The notes under the pieces were generated by a model. That model saw nothing but the letters and a program-made list of their open reading frames with translations. It was not told the origin of the DNA and made no database searches. A stretch of DNA of 63,782 nucleotides, filler included, from Folioceros fuciformis (Eukaryota): the NCBI GenBank assembly GCA_049999805.1. It is 12 parts of 12 records of this genome, joined end to end, with 100 filler letters (N's around TTAATTAATTAA, not from the genome) between each part and the next. Parts side by side here need not be neighbours in the genome. Positions count along the whole stretch, not along the records: positions 1 to 14,926 come from JBNGIO010001030.1; 11 more parts are not named here. One strand, written 5' to 3'. The first letter of the stretch is position 1; every line of letters starts with the position of its first letter. The translations under genes were made by a program, and so were the position numbers. Positions 1-12,857 of the stretch are shown in pieces.

Positions 1-442
1 CGTTGTAGATCTCCATAGCCGAGACCTTGAGCACGAATTCCCTATCCTCCTTCCTCCGAATGTACTCATAAATGTCCCGAACAGCACACTCCATGATCCC
101 TCGCATGGTGTACGTCTTCCCACTGCTCGTCTGGCCGTAGGCAAAAATGGTGGAATTCAAGCCGGTGAGCGCAGACAACGACACATCCTTAGCCCCGTCC
201 TCATACACTCGCTGAGTCGCACATTCCGGCCCAAACACTCGATCAAACACATAGGAAGAAGGCAATGCCGACCTTTCCCCGGGCCTCTCCCGCTCCCCAG
301 AAGCCGGCTTGAACACCACAGTGTGCTCATTCAAGCAAACCCAGTCCGCAGTCTCCCCTTGCGCAACCTCCTTCCCATTCAGCGGCCTCACTCGCACAGT
401 CACGAAAATCTTCTCCTCTCGCACCTTCGGCCGGGCCATCAT
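1..442 (-). CDS. Kinesin-7 (NACK/HINKEL/CENP-E-like) motor domain, 5' part; continues off the window
   Basis: Manual translation from ATG 442: MMARPKVREEKIFVTVRVRPLN...YVFDRVFGPEC...TIFAYGQTSSGKTYTMRGI...SAMEIYN. P-loop GQTSSGKT is typical of plant kinesin-7. Confidence 0.93.
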   Translation of the reverse strand, partial: MMARPKVREEKIFVTVRVRPLNGKEVAQGETADWVCLNEHTVVFKPASGERERPGERSALPSSYVFDRVFGPECATQRVYEDGAKDVSLSALTGLNSTIFAYGQTSSGKTYTMRGIMECAVRDIYEYIRRKEDREFVLKVSAMEIYN

Positions 443-1384
443 TTCCACCAAGACTTTCCACTCTCCCTCCCGTCCTCCACCTCCCCGCCGACCTCCGCTA
501 CAGCATTTTTCGTCTCAGAATTGCGGGAGCAGGAGAAGCGTCGGGCTCCGCAGTAGAGCTCAATTTCTGGTGAGAAAGTGAAGGATGCCAGGCTCCATTG
601 CCTGTGGAGCTGGCGGAGCTTGTATCAACAGGAACTATGGCGGAAGCGAGTTCAAAACGGAACGAGTGGGAACCGGGATTGGTTACCCCTAGTTTAGGAT
701 TTAGGGGGCCGATAGACTCCGGTTGGCTCTGACATAGTCGCAAGGAGCCGTTACAAACACAGAGCCGTTGCGGTTCAAACGAGCAACGGCGTTGGCCAGT
801 TAAGCAAACCTGGATGTCTGGACCGGGGCTCAATGCCGTTGGCCACGGGATACACTCACCGACATGAGGTAACTGTGCCTTTATTCCGCGTTGGCGAGCC
901 GGGGGGAAGGGAGCCTGGAGCGCTGTTTGGCCAGTGCATCTGCTGGTGTTTTTTTTTGCTTTCTCCTGCGTGACTGCTACTGTCGAGAGCAGCCTCAGGG
1001 CGCAGTAGCTCGCTTGGTTCCGGTGTTTTTGTTTCTCGTAGTATAGCACCAGGCTGGTGTTGCGTGGTCTTCTTGAGTGCGGATTTGCTTGCTGTTCTGT
1101 ATTTTCGGTGGACGCTCGTGTGATTCTTCCGGCGGGCACCAAGGAACAGGAACCTCGACATAGTTTCTCTGTGCCGGAAGAGGAATACTGTGCTGGTTGG
1201 TGTTCGAGACAAGTCATCGCCTCTGGGTGAATTTCCTCGCTCCGTTCATGTGAGTATGATGGTGGAATGTGTTCAAGAGGAGGGAGGGAACCCGATGCAT
1301 GCGTTAGGTTGAGTGACCAGTTGTCGGTGGCGTTAGAGGACAGATGTGTGCGTTGTTTCTCACGAGATTGTGTGTTTTCGCAGG

Positions 1385-1828
1385 ATGGTAAGAAGGGCGA
1401 ACACATCCCCTATGAAAGTTGCGCCATCTCCGACCAAGGAGCCGCTCACGTTCGAGAGAATGACGGACGCAATGTTGCGGATGACAGAGTCCCTCCAGCG
1501 AGTGTCTCAGGAGATCGCCTTCCTGCCTAACATGCGGAATGTTCAGTTTCACGAGGAGTTCATTGCATTGATCAAGAATCTGCAGGAGCACCAGAGCGAA
1601 ATTCAGATGTTCATGGCGGAGCAGCAGCGGCAGATTCAAAACTTCATGGCGGAGCAGCAGCAGCAGATGCGTTTGCTTGCGCAGGACCAGGCGGCGCAGC
1701 AGGCCATGTTCCAGAAGCAGGTGCTGGATCTTCAGCGCCAGATTGGCGCGCAAGGGATGCGGAAGGTGCACGGGCGGCAGAGCCGAGAGTCGCAATCCGC
1801 CGGGCTCTCTCGCACCTGCGCAGCTTGA
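1385..1828 (+). CDS. Hypothetical Gln-rich coiled-coil ORF
   Basis: Open frame with heptad-like Q/M-rich segment (FMAEQQRQIQNFMAEQQQQMR). No family recognised. Confidence 0.3.
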   Translation: MVRRANTSPMKVAPSPTKEPLTFERMTDAMLRMTESLQRVSQEIAFLPNMRNVQFHEEFIALIKNLQEHQSEIQMFMAEQQRQIQNFMAEQQQQMRLLAQDQAAQQAMFQKQVLDLQRQIGAQGMRKVHGRQSRESQSAGLSRTCAA

Positions 1829-2456
1829 CTGTATTTCTGCGCACCTGGCGAGCGACACGGGATGATGCAACTTGGACATTACCTTCGTCGGGGGTCTTCC
1901 AGCCAGTCACTCTGCAACGTGTAACAACTTCGTTTTGGAGGGAGGATCTAGAGCGATCTAGCGGAGTAACCCGACGTTGGAGAACGCTGTTCAAGGGTGA
2001 GAAACATGGCTAGCTGTACAGAGCCTTCAAGGATGGTCCGCGCGTTGTCACTCTCTAGTCTGTTGTTGAGCGTGTGCGAGTGTCTACTCAGGACCTCCTC
2101 GCATAGATAAATCCTCTACCTTGATTTGAGAGTTGTCCGGGAAGTCTTGTGGAAAGCACAACTTGTTTTTCCCTCGCGCGCCATGGAAGCACTGGGAATT
2201 TTCAAGGACCTTTGTAACAGCTTCCAAATACAAGACATTTTGTATTGGATTCCAATTTCCGAACTACGCTTTTGTACAGTAAAGGACACGCGTGTTGCAT
2301 CAATAATGTTCACATGGCAATCACGTACAACAAGCCAACGAAGTTGCCATTCATGGAAGAAAGAACTGTGGTCGGCTCAACTTCTCTCATCTTCGAAGAT
2401 GATACATTGTCAAGTAGCGATGCCATATTGTGATGATAGCTTGCCTGTAGCTCAGT

Positions 2457-4334
2457 CTATGTTGACTGTGGAGATGGAAAGGCCGGGCTGTGTTGCCTCC
2501 GAGTAAGGTATCTGTCTGCAACTGTAGCATGCAAAGCAGCTCCCAGTGGCAGGACATCCTCGTTAAGGACAAAGGTTGGGGTGTGGGGATGGTGCGCCTC
2601 TCCTCCGGATGTGTCTTTGTCCATCCCCAGAAAGAAATAGGCTCCAGTCACTCGTTGCAGGAAGAAGGAGAAGTCCTCTGCCCCCATCACCGGATTCATT
2701 GTTATCACGTTTTCCGATCCCAATACCTCGCCTGCTGCGTCCTTGAAGAGATGGTATGCTCCCTCGTCGTTCACCACTGCTGGGTACAAGGGGTGATTGT
2801 CCTCCACGAAGTCTACCACGGCAGTACACCTGTACACTTGTGCTTGGTTCACTATGACCTGCATAGATCGCCACAGAGGAATAAGTATGGATTAGTGCCG
2901 AATGATGAGAATTTACCAGAATCCCCAAACTGGTGAGGAAGCAGCAAGGTAGCATGCTGCGGGCATGCTGCCCTAGGCCTACCCACCTCTTCCAGTCTCT
3001 GCTTCAGTTCCCTGTGCTTACTGGTGCTTAGAGCACGGTAAGTTCCTTGGATTGTCACCTTCTCAGGTATCACATTGTACCCGGAGCCAGCGTTGAAGGT
3101 CGTCACAGACACCACCTGCAGAATCCGAAGTAATGCCAATTTTGTGGCATCAGAAAAGAAAAGAGGACAAGACTACTGTTGAAGGCAACCTGAAGCAAGG
3201 GGAAGCTAGGGCTGAACCTTGGAATCTAAAGGAGAGGCCTCCCTGGAGACAAGGGACTGAAGGCTCAACACTGGTGCAGAGCCAGCGAGGATGGGGTCCA
3301 CCGTCAAGTGAGGAAATCCTGCGTGGCCCCCCTGACCAGTGATTTCGGCCCGGAAAAAGCCGCTTGCCGCCATCAAAGGCCCCGACTTGCCTGCCACCTT
3401 GCCGATGGGCACCTGCGTAGTGACATGCATGCCAAATATGGCTTCCACTCTGTCAATGGCGCCGTCGTACACCATCTGCCTGGCTCCAGCTCCCCCTTCC
3501 TCTGCTGGTTGGAACACGAGTGCGACAGTTCCCTGTAGCCAACCGTCTCTGGGTTAGGCCATCTCGCTGTTCCAGCTTGAAGAGATGGAGGACACCATAG
3601 TTTCATGCCAGAATCTGCACCCCAGTGCCAACATTCAAAAACAGTGGGCACAGAAACCTGCAAGGTTCGATTCTTCAGAATCCTCGCTGCACCCAGCAGC
3701 ATGGTCATGTGTCCGTCATGCCCGCAAGCGTGCATTTTCCCAGGATTCCTGCTCTTGTACTCCCACTCCACGGCTTCCTGCACGGAATTGAACCAAGACG
3801 GCCACCGCTCAGTCTACCAATTCCAGGACCGAAAGGAATTAAGTGCAATTCTGGGACCTGAATCGGGAGCGCATCCATGTCGGCTCGCAGTCCTACAACC
3901 GGCGGCTCGCCCGTCCCAACATATCCTACAATGCCGGTGCCGGCGAAGGGATAACGGTACTGAATTCCCATCTCCTCAAGCTCCGTCCTAATGAGAGCGC
4001 TGGTCTCATGCTCCTGGTATGCCAACTCCGGGTTCCTGTGCAACCTTCTCCTCACACTCTTCATCCACTCCACAGTCTCCGGATTCCTAGCTGCTGCAAG
4101 AAACTCCTGCCCTGTCGCAACCTTGTGTTTCTGATTCTCATCAGGCTTGGCAGAGCCGAAGGTGGCCAGCTCAAGGAAGGAATCCTCCGGCCCACAGAGA
4201 GTCGTCTCTACCGTCTCCCGCAAGGTCTCAGCCAATTCTGATCCCGGCAGCAGCAGCAGCAGCAGCAGCAGCAGTGCTTGCACGGCATGCGAAGCCTGCA
4301 TCCGGCCTAACAGGAAACCCCTTCTGGAACCCAT
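2457..4334 (-). CDS. ILL: IAA-amino acid hydrolase ILR1-like (peptidase M20D amidohydrolase), 5 exons
   Basis: Motifs [62 protein letters not shown] exons 4334-3858, 3777-3658, 3532-3218, 3115-2987, 2858-2457. Hydrophobic signal-like N-terminus. Confidence 0.95.
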
Positions 4335-5150
4335 GGTCCGCCCAAAGCTCTGTCACCTGCGGAAGCCAAGAAAAGGCACACAGACGACCCAACAACGCCT
4401 GCATACGATGTGAATTACAGACATACGCACTGCACCAAAATTCTTCGCAACCATGCAGGAAAGGAAAGCCTTTGTGTGTTAAGCAAGTTTGCATTTACGA
4501 ACGGGTCAAGTAGACCTACCAAAGCGAAAGCCTGCGTGGATTGAGAACATAATCTAGACTACATATGTCGGTGGAATGCACTCTCCGATTTTGTGGACGG
4601 AGTTGGAAAGTCTTTGATTTGTGTCGGTGGATACAACGCTGGCACGGGTTCCTGGAGAATGCCACTCTCAGCACTGGTATCCTCTCCTTGCGTCATGAAG
4701 GGGAGCATCTCCAGTAGTCCCGTGACTGCTGGCGTCAGAGATTGCACAGGGAGAGAAAGTGAGACCAAGTGCGGAAGTACCCCCCTCCGCCCCCCGTCCA
4801 GAATCTCACAAGGAAGAGGCAGCACCGTATGTATTTACATATGTACATGTACAGGTGCTGCAGGATTACGACGCCGTCTGGGACCTGGATGAGACAGAGA
4901 GAGGAGAACTTGGAGCTGACGTGGGAGGCTTAAAGTGGCTCCGTAACGCGCATTCCCGGAGGAGAGTGTGGGCACTGGGATCCCATCATGAAAGCCGCAC
5001 TTCCCCACTTGCTGTACAAGCTTGCCAGGGCTTTCATGACCTTCGTACTGGCGCCAGGCCCGAGGGAGGGACAGTGGCCTGTAAGGAGAGATAGGAAGAG
5101 CAGTTTGTTTCAGATCAGGTGGGTTCGGGCGAGAGCTCGTGGTGACGACA

Positions 5151-7471
5151 ATGGGCGGTTCGCAGACGCGGTTGCCTGCATTGGCATGCTTGGTGATCCT
5201 GGTCTTCTATGGGTGCTTGCCCACCTCGGCGTACTCGCTGAAGGGGTTCCAGAGATTTGATCAGCCGGGAGTGGAGGTGAAGAAAGGTGAGAGGGTTGAG
5301 GTATTCGAGTCTGGGTTGAAGCTCTTTGGGGAGGGCGTGACGGGAGCTGAAGCGGAGTGCGAGGAGAGCTATGGGGTGCTCCCTTGCTCGACCAGCATCG
5401 GGGGGAACTTGTTCCTGCTGCTGGCCTATGGCTACCTGATGCTCAAGGCCGCCCAATGCCTGTCCGAGGGCAGCGAGTTGCTCCTGGCTGTGCTGAATCC
5501 TGGGCTAGTTGGAGGGCTCCTGTTGCCTATTTTGGGCTGCTTGCCTGATGCCATTCTGATAGCAGGTATGGTAGAGGGATGTGACGCATTGTTGTAGATC
5601 AGGGGAGTGTGTGTCGTGGCGGTACAAGTGTGGTGTGGGGGGATCTATATTATCGGCGTTGTCGTGTCGTACTGCAGTTTCGGGCTTGTCAGCAAGTGTG
5701 GATGATGCTGCCGACGAAGTGCTGGTCGGGATGGGCCTTCTTGCGGGATCAACCGTCATGCTGCTCACCCTGCTGTGGGGTACATCGCTGGTGGTTGGCC
5801 GATGTGATCTTGAAGAGAGGCATGGGCGGGTTGTGGCTGTAGACAAGAAGCTGACAAAGGGATTCAACCTTTTCGGTAAGTGCATCTGAGCCTAGAGCGT
5901 TGCTTCTGCTTCTTCTGTGTGAAGGAATATGTGATCGGTAGGTACCCTGGTTGAGGGTGTCGTGATGTCGTGGACACGGCTGGTGCAGAAACTGGGGTCA
6001 CTACTGATAATCAGACGAGAGTTGCGTCGTGGATTATGATAGTTACGGTTCTACCGTTTCTCATTGCACAGTCTCCTCGAGTTTTTGGATGGTCTACCAA
6101 GGGCCATTTGGCTGTGTTGATTGGCGGTATTGTGTCCTTATTGGGCTTGATAGTGTACTGCACATATCAGGTGAGGCTCGAGAGCCTACTGCCCTGTTTG
6201 TGATGAGGTACATGGATCTGCACAGCTCCTTGAACACCTACACCATTGCAGGTGTTTGCACCCTGGATTCAAGCTCGCCGGCAAATATTGGCTCGTGAAC
6301 GATACATCCGAACGCACGCCATTCATCGGGTGAATGAGTTATCCAAAGGGCAATCTTGGGGAGATCTTGTGAAGGCGGATGGCACTCCGAACCATCCTGT
6401 TTTCACAAAGTGCGTAGTTTGGACTGCCATATCAACTCCAGATTAGCCTCTCGTGAGGTACTGATGCAATCTGCAGCTGTGCAGGTTATTTGGGAGGTTC
6501 GATGTGGACCATAACGGCCTCTTGTCAACCAAAGAACTGAAAGCTTTGATTGTTGGGATAAGCTTCGAGCATGACCGGCATGTGCCATCGGAGCACGTCG
6601 TCTTGAGCTGGATGTCCGAGTTTGATTTGTCCAAAGACGGTTACATCTCACAGGAGGAGTTCATACTCGGCATGGGCAAATGGCTGAGGACCGTCCTCAG
6701 CGCCAAAACGAGCAAACAGGGCCCCCACAACTTGCCGTGGAGTGCCGAGTGGCAGGTATGCCCCCGTCAGATGTCTTTTCTGAAGGACTAATTCGTTTCA
6801 CAGTTCTGACCCTCAGGAGTACTGCAGAATGCCAGGAATGAGCTCGCACTACTGGACGATTCTGGGGGTGACGATGAGGAGGAGGAGGATGAGAAAAAGG
6901 AGGCCAGCCCACAAGTCATCGTCATCAGGGCCATCTTGCTCATTGCCTTAGGAGCTATAATTGCTGGGGTCTTTGCAGATCCTCTAGTTTCAGCCATCAC
7001 CAACTTCTCCAATGCTGCTGGCATCTCACCGTTTTTCGTTGCGTTTGTTGCCACACCACTGGCCACAAACTCGAGTGAGGCCATTTCTTCAATTCTGTTT
7101 GCCAAGAGCAAACGAAAACGCAACATCTCCATGACGTACTCTCAGGTATCTTCATCTTTTCCATCACCCCTCCTCCACTTCAGATTGTGGCATATAGTGA
7201 GACATCTGTGGTGATCTTGCAGGTCTATGGAGGTGTGACAATGAACAATACCTTGTGTCTGGCCATCTTCTTAGCCGTGGTGTACGTAAGAGGGCTGGTG
7301 TGGGATTTCTCCTCAGAGGTGATAGTCATCGTCTTCTGTACTGTGGCGATCGGAATTTTGGCTAGTTTCCGAACCACATTTCCTCTGTGGACAGGTCTTG
7401 TGGCCCTGGCCATCTACCCTATTTCCATAGCCCTTGTTGCAATTCTGGATTCCTTTTTTGGCTGGCAATAA
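5151..7471 (+). CDS. NCL: Sodium/calcium exchanger-like protein NCL (EF-hand CAX-like), 7 exons
   Basis: CEESYGVLPCSTSIGGNLFLLLAYGYLM, GLLAGSTVMLLTLLWG, two EF hands (DVDHNGLLSTKE, DLSKDGYISQEE), PLATNSSEAIS, YGGVTMNNTLCL. Exons 5151-5565, 5678-5875, 5989-6170, 6252-6409, 6485-6755, 6828-7145, 7223-7471. Confidence 0.95.
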
Positions 7472-7791
7472 TCTCAACCGATGTGTAGATGAAGCTCGTG
7501 AGCCGCTGCTTCTTTTTACTGGTTGTTGTGGAGGCTTCAAGCAATGAAGCTCCAGAACGGTTTTTTGTCACGTGGGTGCGGTTTTGAAATGCTACCTGCA
7601 CAAAAATGTGCGTAGCCAGTGTGTAGATGACGAAACATCAATTTTCCTGAGTTTGCAATGCGGATTGAGGAGGAAAATGTAAAGAGTCATCGAAATGCAA
7701 TACGGATAATTTTTTAAGATAGTGTGAATGTTGGAAGGATAAAACGGAAATGTTCTCCATCCGGCCAAAAACGATCTGAAAATAATGTACC

Positions 7792-9946
7792 TCAAGTGAA
7801 AAGAAGATTCTTAGCTGCAGGAATTGTACAAGCTAGAGAGCAGACACCACCCATCAAAATGTACGAGGCTGCACAAAAGGGCATCAGATCTGGTTCACCG
7901 GCTGCGACTGATGCCGAACCAAATGCATGAGAGCTGCGATTTCCATGCACATTTGGGTTAAACAAGAGATAAGATGACAACATAAGAGACGATAGTTGAT
8001 GCAACCAGAGTATTGTTACAGACCTGCAAGCAGTAGTAAGACCCCGAGCAATGAGATCATCTATCCGCAGACGGGACAGCAGCCACTTAGAAAGATTTGC
8101 CCCTAGCAATCCCGTGATTATGCTCGCCGCTAAAGCCAAGGAGATGTTGCCTGCGTTGAGTAAACAAACAGAGCAATGGATTTGAGTCACAACGTACAAG
8201 GTTGTGAAGTTTGACGCCAACGAAAGGATAGGGCATGTGCCGACATTCAAGCCAGGTTACCTTGTAATGTCTCAGTGATTGGAACAGCGAATGGCATGGC
8301 AACACTTCGTGCCGCGACTGACCGAGTTAGCCCAGCATCTAAGCCTAACTGGCGCCCTAGCACTCCAGTCAGCAGAAGGGAGAACAAGCCGGCTGCTGGA
8401 ACCACAGCCAGTATCTCACGAGCATGTCGCTTCAAGACCTGCACACCAAGCGATGTCGTGAGAAGACAACAAACGGCGTTCTTCGGTAAAGAGTCGGAGC
8501 TACCTCGCGTTGCCGGAACAGCGTCAAGGAATAAGAAACTGTGAGGGGACCGAGGAAAGCCATCAGCAGATCGCCTCCGCCAGGGGTCCTCACGTCTGAG
8601 GTCAAGTACAGTCCTGAACAGCCGCCATAGCACATCTGTCAGTGACAGCCGCTCATCATCACAACGGTGTTGAAACTCCGGAGTCGAGAGGTGAAGGAAG
8701 CAAACCCAGAACGGACAAAACGCTCTGCTCTGTAACAACGCCGAAGAAAAATGCCGCCACTATTGTGAACGCGGCGGCAGTGAGAACAGGATGGACGAAC
8801 CTCTTGACGGGGCCTGGGAGGCTGCAACCGGCAACAGAGCGGAACATTTAGGCGGTGGAATCGACTGTGAGCTAGCCACGCCCAATTCACAACTTTTGCC
8901 AACTTCAGCAGAATTCTCAAACTCGGGGCATGGACCACTCACTGCGAACCAAGAAGAAATCCAGACACCGTTGCAGCAACGAAGAACGGAGCAGCCGTGG
9001 TCGCCGGGTTACCCAAAGCCGCAGGTGCAGCGTAGACCAGGCCAAATCCTGCTACCCCGGCTCCAGCCCAAGTGAGCATCTCCCATATCCCGAACGGAGC
9101 TGTGGACACCATGTTGGGCGCGTCCCCAAGCCTGCCATTGAAACTCTTCCTGGCAGCCGACGCCAGCCCTCCCACGGCCACCACGTTCACCACCCAAGCC
9201 GCAACTGCAATTACACACAGACACCATAAAAATGCGTTCACTCAACCGGCAACGCCCACCACACCTCGAACCCAACACCCACACCATCAGGGGGAGGATC
9301 TGGACGCACCTACCAGAAACAGCAGCTGCCCGCCCTGCCCTAGACTCATATTCTTCACCGCGGTCGGCAGCATCACCAGCGGTGGGGTGTAGAAGAGCGG
9401 CATCCAGCGTTGCATGAGCTCCGTGGCGGGCAGGAAGAAGGCCATCACCTGCTTAGACAGCTTCGGGAATTTGATGTCCGTTCCAGCCAGCGCCACGAAG
9501 AGCAGTAGCATGCCCACAGTCGGACTGGGCAAGCTCCGCAGCCCCGCCGGCAGCGCCTGCCACTGCGAGATCCCCGCTCCCAGCGCCTTCTCACCGCCCA
9601 CCATCAACCCAACTGCAAGCGCGATCTGCAGAGGCCGCAGCGGCCTCCCCTGCCCGGACACCTGCTCCGAGAGCTCCGCATCCAGCACCGCCTGCACAGC
9701 CACCGAGCCCCTCTTCCTGCTTTGCCTCCACGTTCTCAGCGGCACAGCTCCCAGCTGCTTCCCGGCCACCTCGGATCTCCCTCTCCAGCCACGCCCTTTC
9801 ACGTTACATTTCCGGCCCTGCAGCCCGCTTGACGCAAACAACCCTGTTGGTGCTGCGCAGATCCTGGACCCTGTCGCAGCAGATTCAGGTACTAGGAGAG
9901 CAGGCGCGCCCACTGCTGCTCGGCTCAGTGTGCCCGAGCCTGCCAT
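7792..9946 (-). CDS. PLGG1: Plastid glycolate/glycerate translocator PLGG1-like (LrgA/LrgB family), multi-exon
   Basis: Transit-peptide-like N-terminus, then QRWMPLFYTPPLVMLP, PGGGDLLMAFLGP, VLKRHAREI, ARSVAMPFA, IITGLLGAN, ARGLTTACSSHAFGSASVAAGEPD, split by short GT-AG introns. Confidence 0.85.
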
Positions 9947-10241
9947 TTTCGAAATCACACAAATCCAAACCCAAGATGGAAAGCTCCCCAACGGAGTGGT
10001 CCGATGACACCGACGCTTTCGCATCTGTCTCAAGGCGGGAATGGGCGAGCATTAGGCCGAGCTCACGTGGCAGGAAAATGTCGCTTCCAAGTGTCGCCAG
10101 CGGACCCTGGCACTTGGCAAACGAGGACTGCGTGAATCGAGGAATGTGGATACACGATATCCAGGTAAAGTTTTTGAAATAAAATAAACAATAGTGTGGA
10201 GGGGAATGTGACCTCAGGTGTTACACAAACGGGTCCTTTGT

Positions 10242-12617
10242 TCATGCTAGGAGCAGCTCGTCATAATCAATTTTATGCGAGGCTTGCTTGGTCTTAACAT
10301 CCAAAGCTAGGTGGACAGTGCAACCCAACAGCTTCTGAAGGTCTAAACGGGCACCAGTACCGATCTCCCTGCACGAGTCGGAAAAATCTGAGTCATAGAC
10401 AATTCGGTGAAAAAGGAGACAGCGGGGCAGGGAGAAATTCCTCCATCTATACTTGCCTGATAACGGCTCCGCCTTTACCGACTATGATCTTTTTGTGGTC
10501 CTCCTTTAGCACAATGAACTGTTGTTCGATTCGAATGGAACCATCTTTCAGAACCTTCCAAGAAACGTGATGGTGGTCGATGGCGTATGGGATTTCCTGC
10601 TTGGGTTTCGAAGATGACAATCAGGAACGAGAACTGTGACTTCGTGAACAAAGTGATTTGAGGACGGGAAAGGGAGGGGCATAATTGATGTCTGGAAAGG
10701 GGGTACTACCTCATGTATGTAGTTGTACAGGTGCTCTCGGACAACTTCCATGGCAAGATCCTGCTTCGCTGTGGGGCTTGGGTTTCCGCGTTCATATTCC
10801 CAGGGTCTCAGTATACCCTAAAAGTACCCAGGCAAATGAGACGCTGACCGAGCATTAGACAAACAGGAGACGGGCGGGAGCAAGGAATTGACGCTTAAGG
10901 CACTTTCGATAGCTGCACCAACCTGATCAAGCAGATGTTCGCGAATGTCTCGTACTCCTGAACCACTTTTACTGGAAATCATGAACACCCTGATGAAGGT
11001 GAAAGGTGGTTATCAGCAGAAGCACTCATTGAAGAATTGCCAAAATCCCGAATTTGACATACGAGCAGCATGAAGAAAGCGAACATGAAACTGAACATCA
11101 CCGGTCGAAATTGGCAAGTCGAACAAAATGGTCCGCTAGAGGCAGCAAGGATTTCTTGTCAGTTATAAGATCCACCTTGTTCAGACACAGAATCGTCTTC
11201 TTTTCCCAATCGTCCTCCTCCCCCAACTTTGCGACCAGCCGCTCCACTCGCTTATCTGGTCTGTAGAAACAGAATTAGCACGTGATATCTACATAGCATG
11301 ATAAGGCGTATGCTCCACACAACTGTCCAAAACAGACCTGAGTATCTGTCGACTCGCATCCACAACCACAAGTATTGCTTCACAGGTTGCGGCGGCCTGC
11401 CAGGCCGTGCCGACTGAGGCAAGCCTGGAGCGTCTTATAGGATACCCTTGAGAATCTACTTGGAGGCCAGGTGTATCATGAATCACCTTTACAGGGGACA
11501 AGGGGTTTATCAACTACCAGGCACGACCACACCCCATCCAGAAAAAAGTTTCCTTCCACGAATGCAATGGACGAGACGTGATTGAGCTTCACCTACCAGC
11601 TGCGTGTCTCCTTGCGTGTACACACCGACGTGGTCAGCGTGGGTAGTATTCGTCTTCCGTGAGACTGCTGAAACCTTACTCCCCACCTGCCGTCATCACC
11701 ATCACCCCTGTTAGCTCCTCCTGACTGCAAGTCCAGCGGGCTGTCAACCCTTCCTCGAGCTGGTAGCGTGCACAGGCATTCTAGAGACGGACCACACAAT
11801 TTAGACAGGACGGCCCCTAGCATTTTAAACTCCCACAAGACTACAAAGCATAACACACCAGCTGATTCGTGAGCGCCGATTTCCCCGCGTTTGGAGCCCC
11901 AACCACTGCCACACAGAGGGACCGTTGTTCGGTTTCAGGGACAAATTGCTCCTCCTCAAGAACTTCAAAAGCTTGCCTGAGCACCCTTCCTACAACATCT
12001 ACATCTGCATTCACTTCTTCTTCCACGTCACGAAGCTCCCTGCCCTCAGGTACCACGCCACCCCTCTGGGCGCGCTTCTGTCCCCGCTTCGCTATCCTTT
12101 CCATAATTTCCTGTATCACAGACTGTGGAAGTGCATCCTGCTGGTCTTCTTTTCCAAACCCCTGTGCTACTTCACCGCAGGTTGCCGCTTCCAAATCCTC
12201 ATTCCCACTTGCTTCCCTATCATCTCCGCTACCAGAGGCACCGCCTGTCGCTGAGAATGCAATACTGCCAGGGCTGAACCCAGACCGCTCTCGATACCTA
12301 ATGCCATCCCGCGGTGCAGCGGAGGAACAGCCGGAATCATCATCCCGACTGTCTGAAGCTTGCAAGCCTGTGAGGGCAGCCTCAGCTATGGTTCCTTGTG
12401 CCCGAAACCCTCTTCTCGCGCCAAACCACAACAACTCTGGCGCGCATCCCACCAATTCCCTGGCAGACAATTCACAAAGCGATGAGGAAGCTCGCGGCAG
12501 GTCGACAGCAGCAGCCTCAAGCAAATCCCTCTCCTGCAAGATTCCAAATCGACTCGATTTTCCTTGAACCGCAAGAGACCTGCAAGCAGCCCTCAGAAGG
12601 AGCTTCCGAGCTTGCAT
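10242..12617 (-). CDS. Era-like GTPase (organellar, ERG/ERA2-like) with C-terminal KH domain
   Basis: G1 VAVVGAPNAGKSALTN, VSRKTNTT, HDTPGL, LVVVDASR, LNKVDL, VFMISS, EVVREHL..HEEIPY, KH IIVGKGG. Stop TGA at 10244-10242. One GC-AG intron at 10369-10456. Confidence 0.93.
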
Positions 12618-12857
12618 TTCACCTTGCTCCAATTCATCCGCTGATCCACCCAAGATCCCGAAGGCGAGACACTGGGTGCAAGAACCCAAAGGGTTTAGGG
12701 TTTACGACAGGAAAATTCAAAGAATCTATATAGTTTCACAGTGATTAATAGTACAAGGAAGCACATCCGCCGAGGTGTCTAAAGGAGCTTTTGAAGGACA
12801 CCTTGCTGATAGATATCCAGAAGCGATCACGATGCTTGACTAATCCAGAAAGGAAGT

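Noticed and set aside
498-1406. 302-aa minus-strand ORF
   Set aside because: No recognisable motifs and composition looks non-coding; lies in the kinesin upstream region.
7792-12617. Bacterial origin for the LrgB-like and Era genes
   Set aside because: Both have spliceosomal introns and organellar targeting leaders, so they are normal plant nuclear genes.
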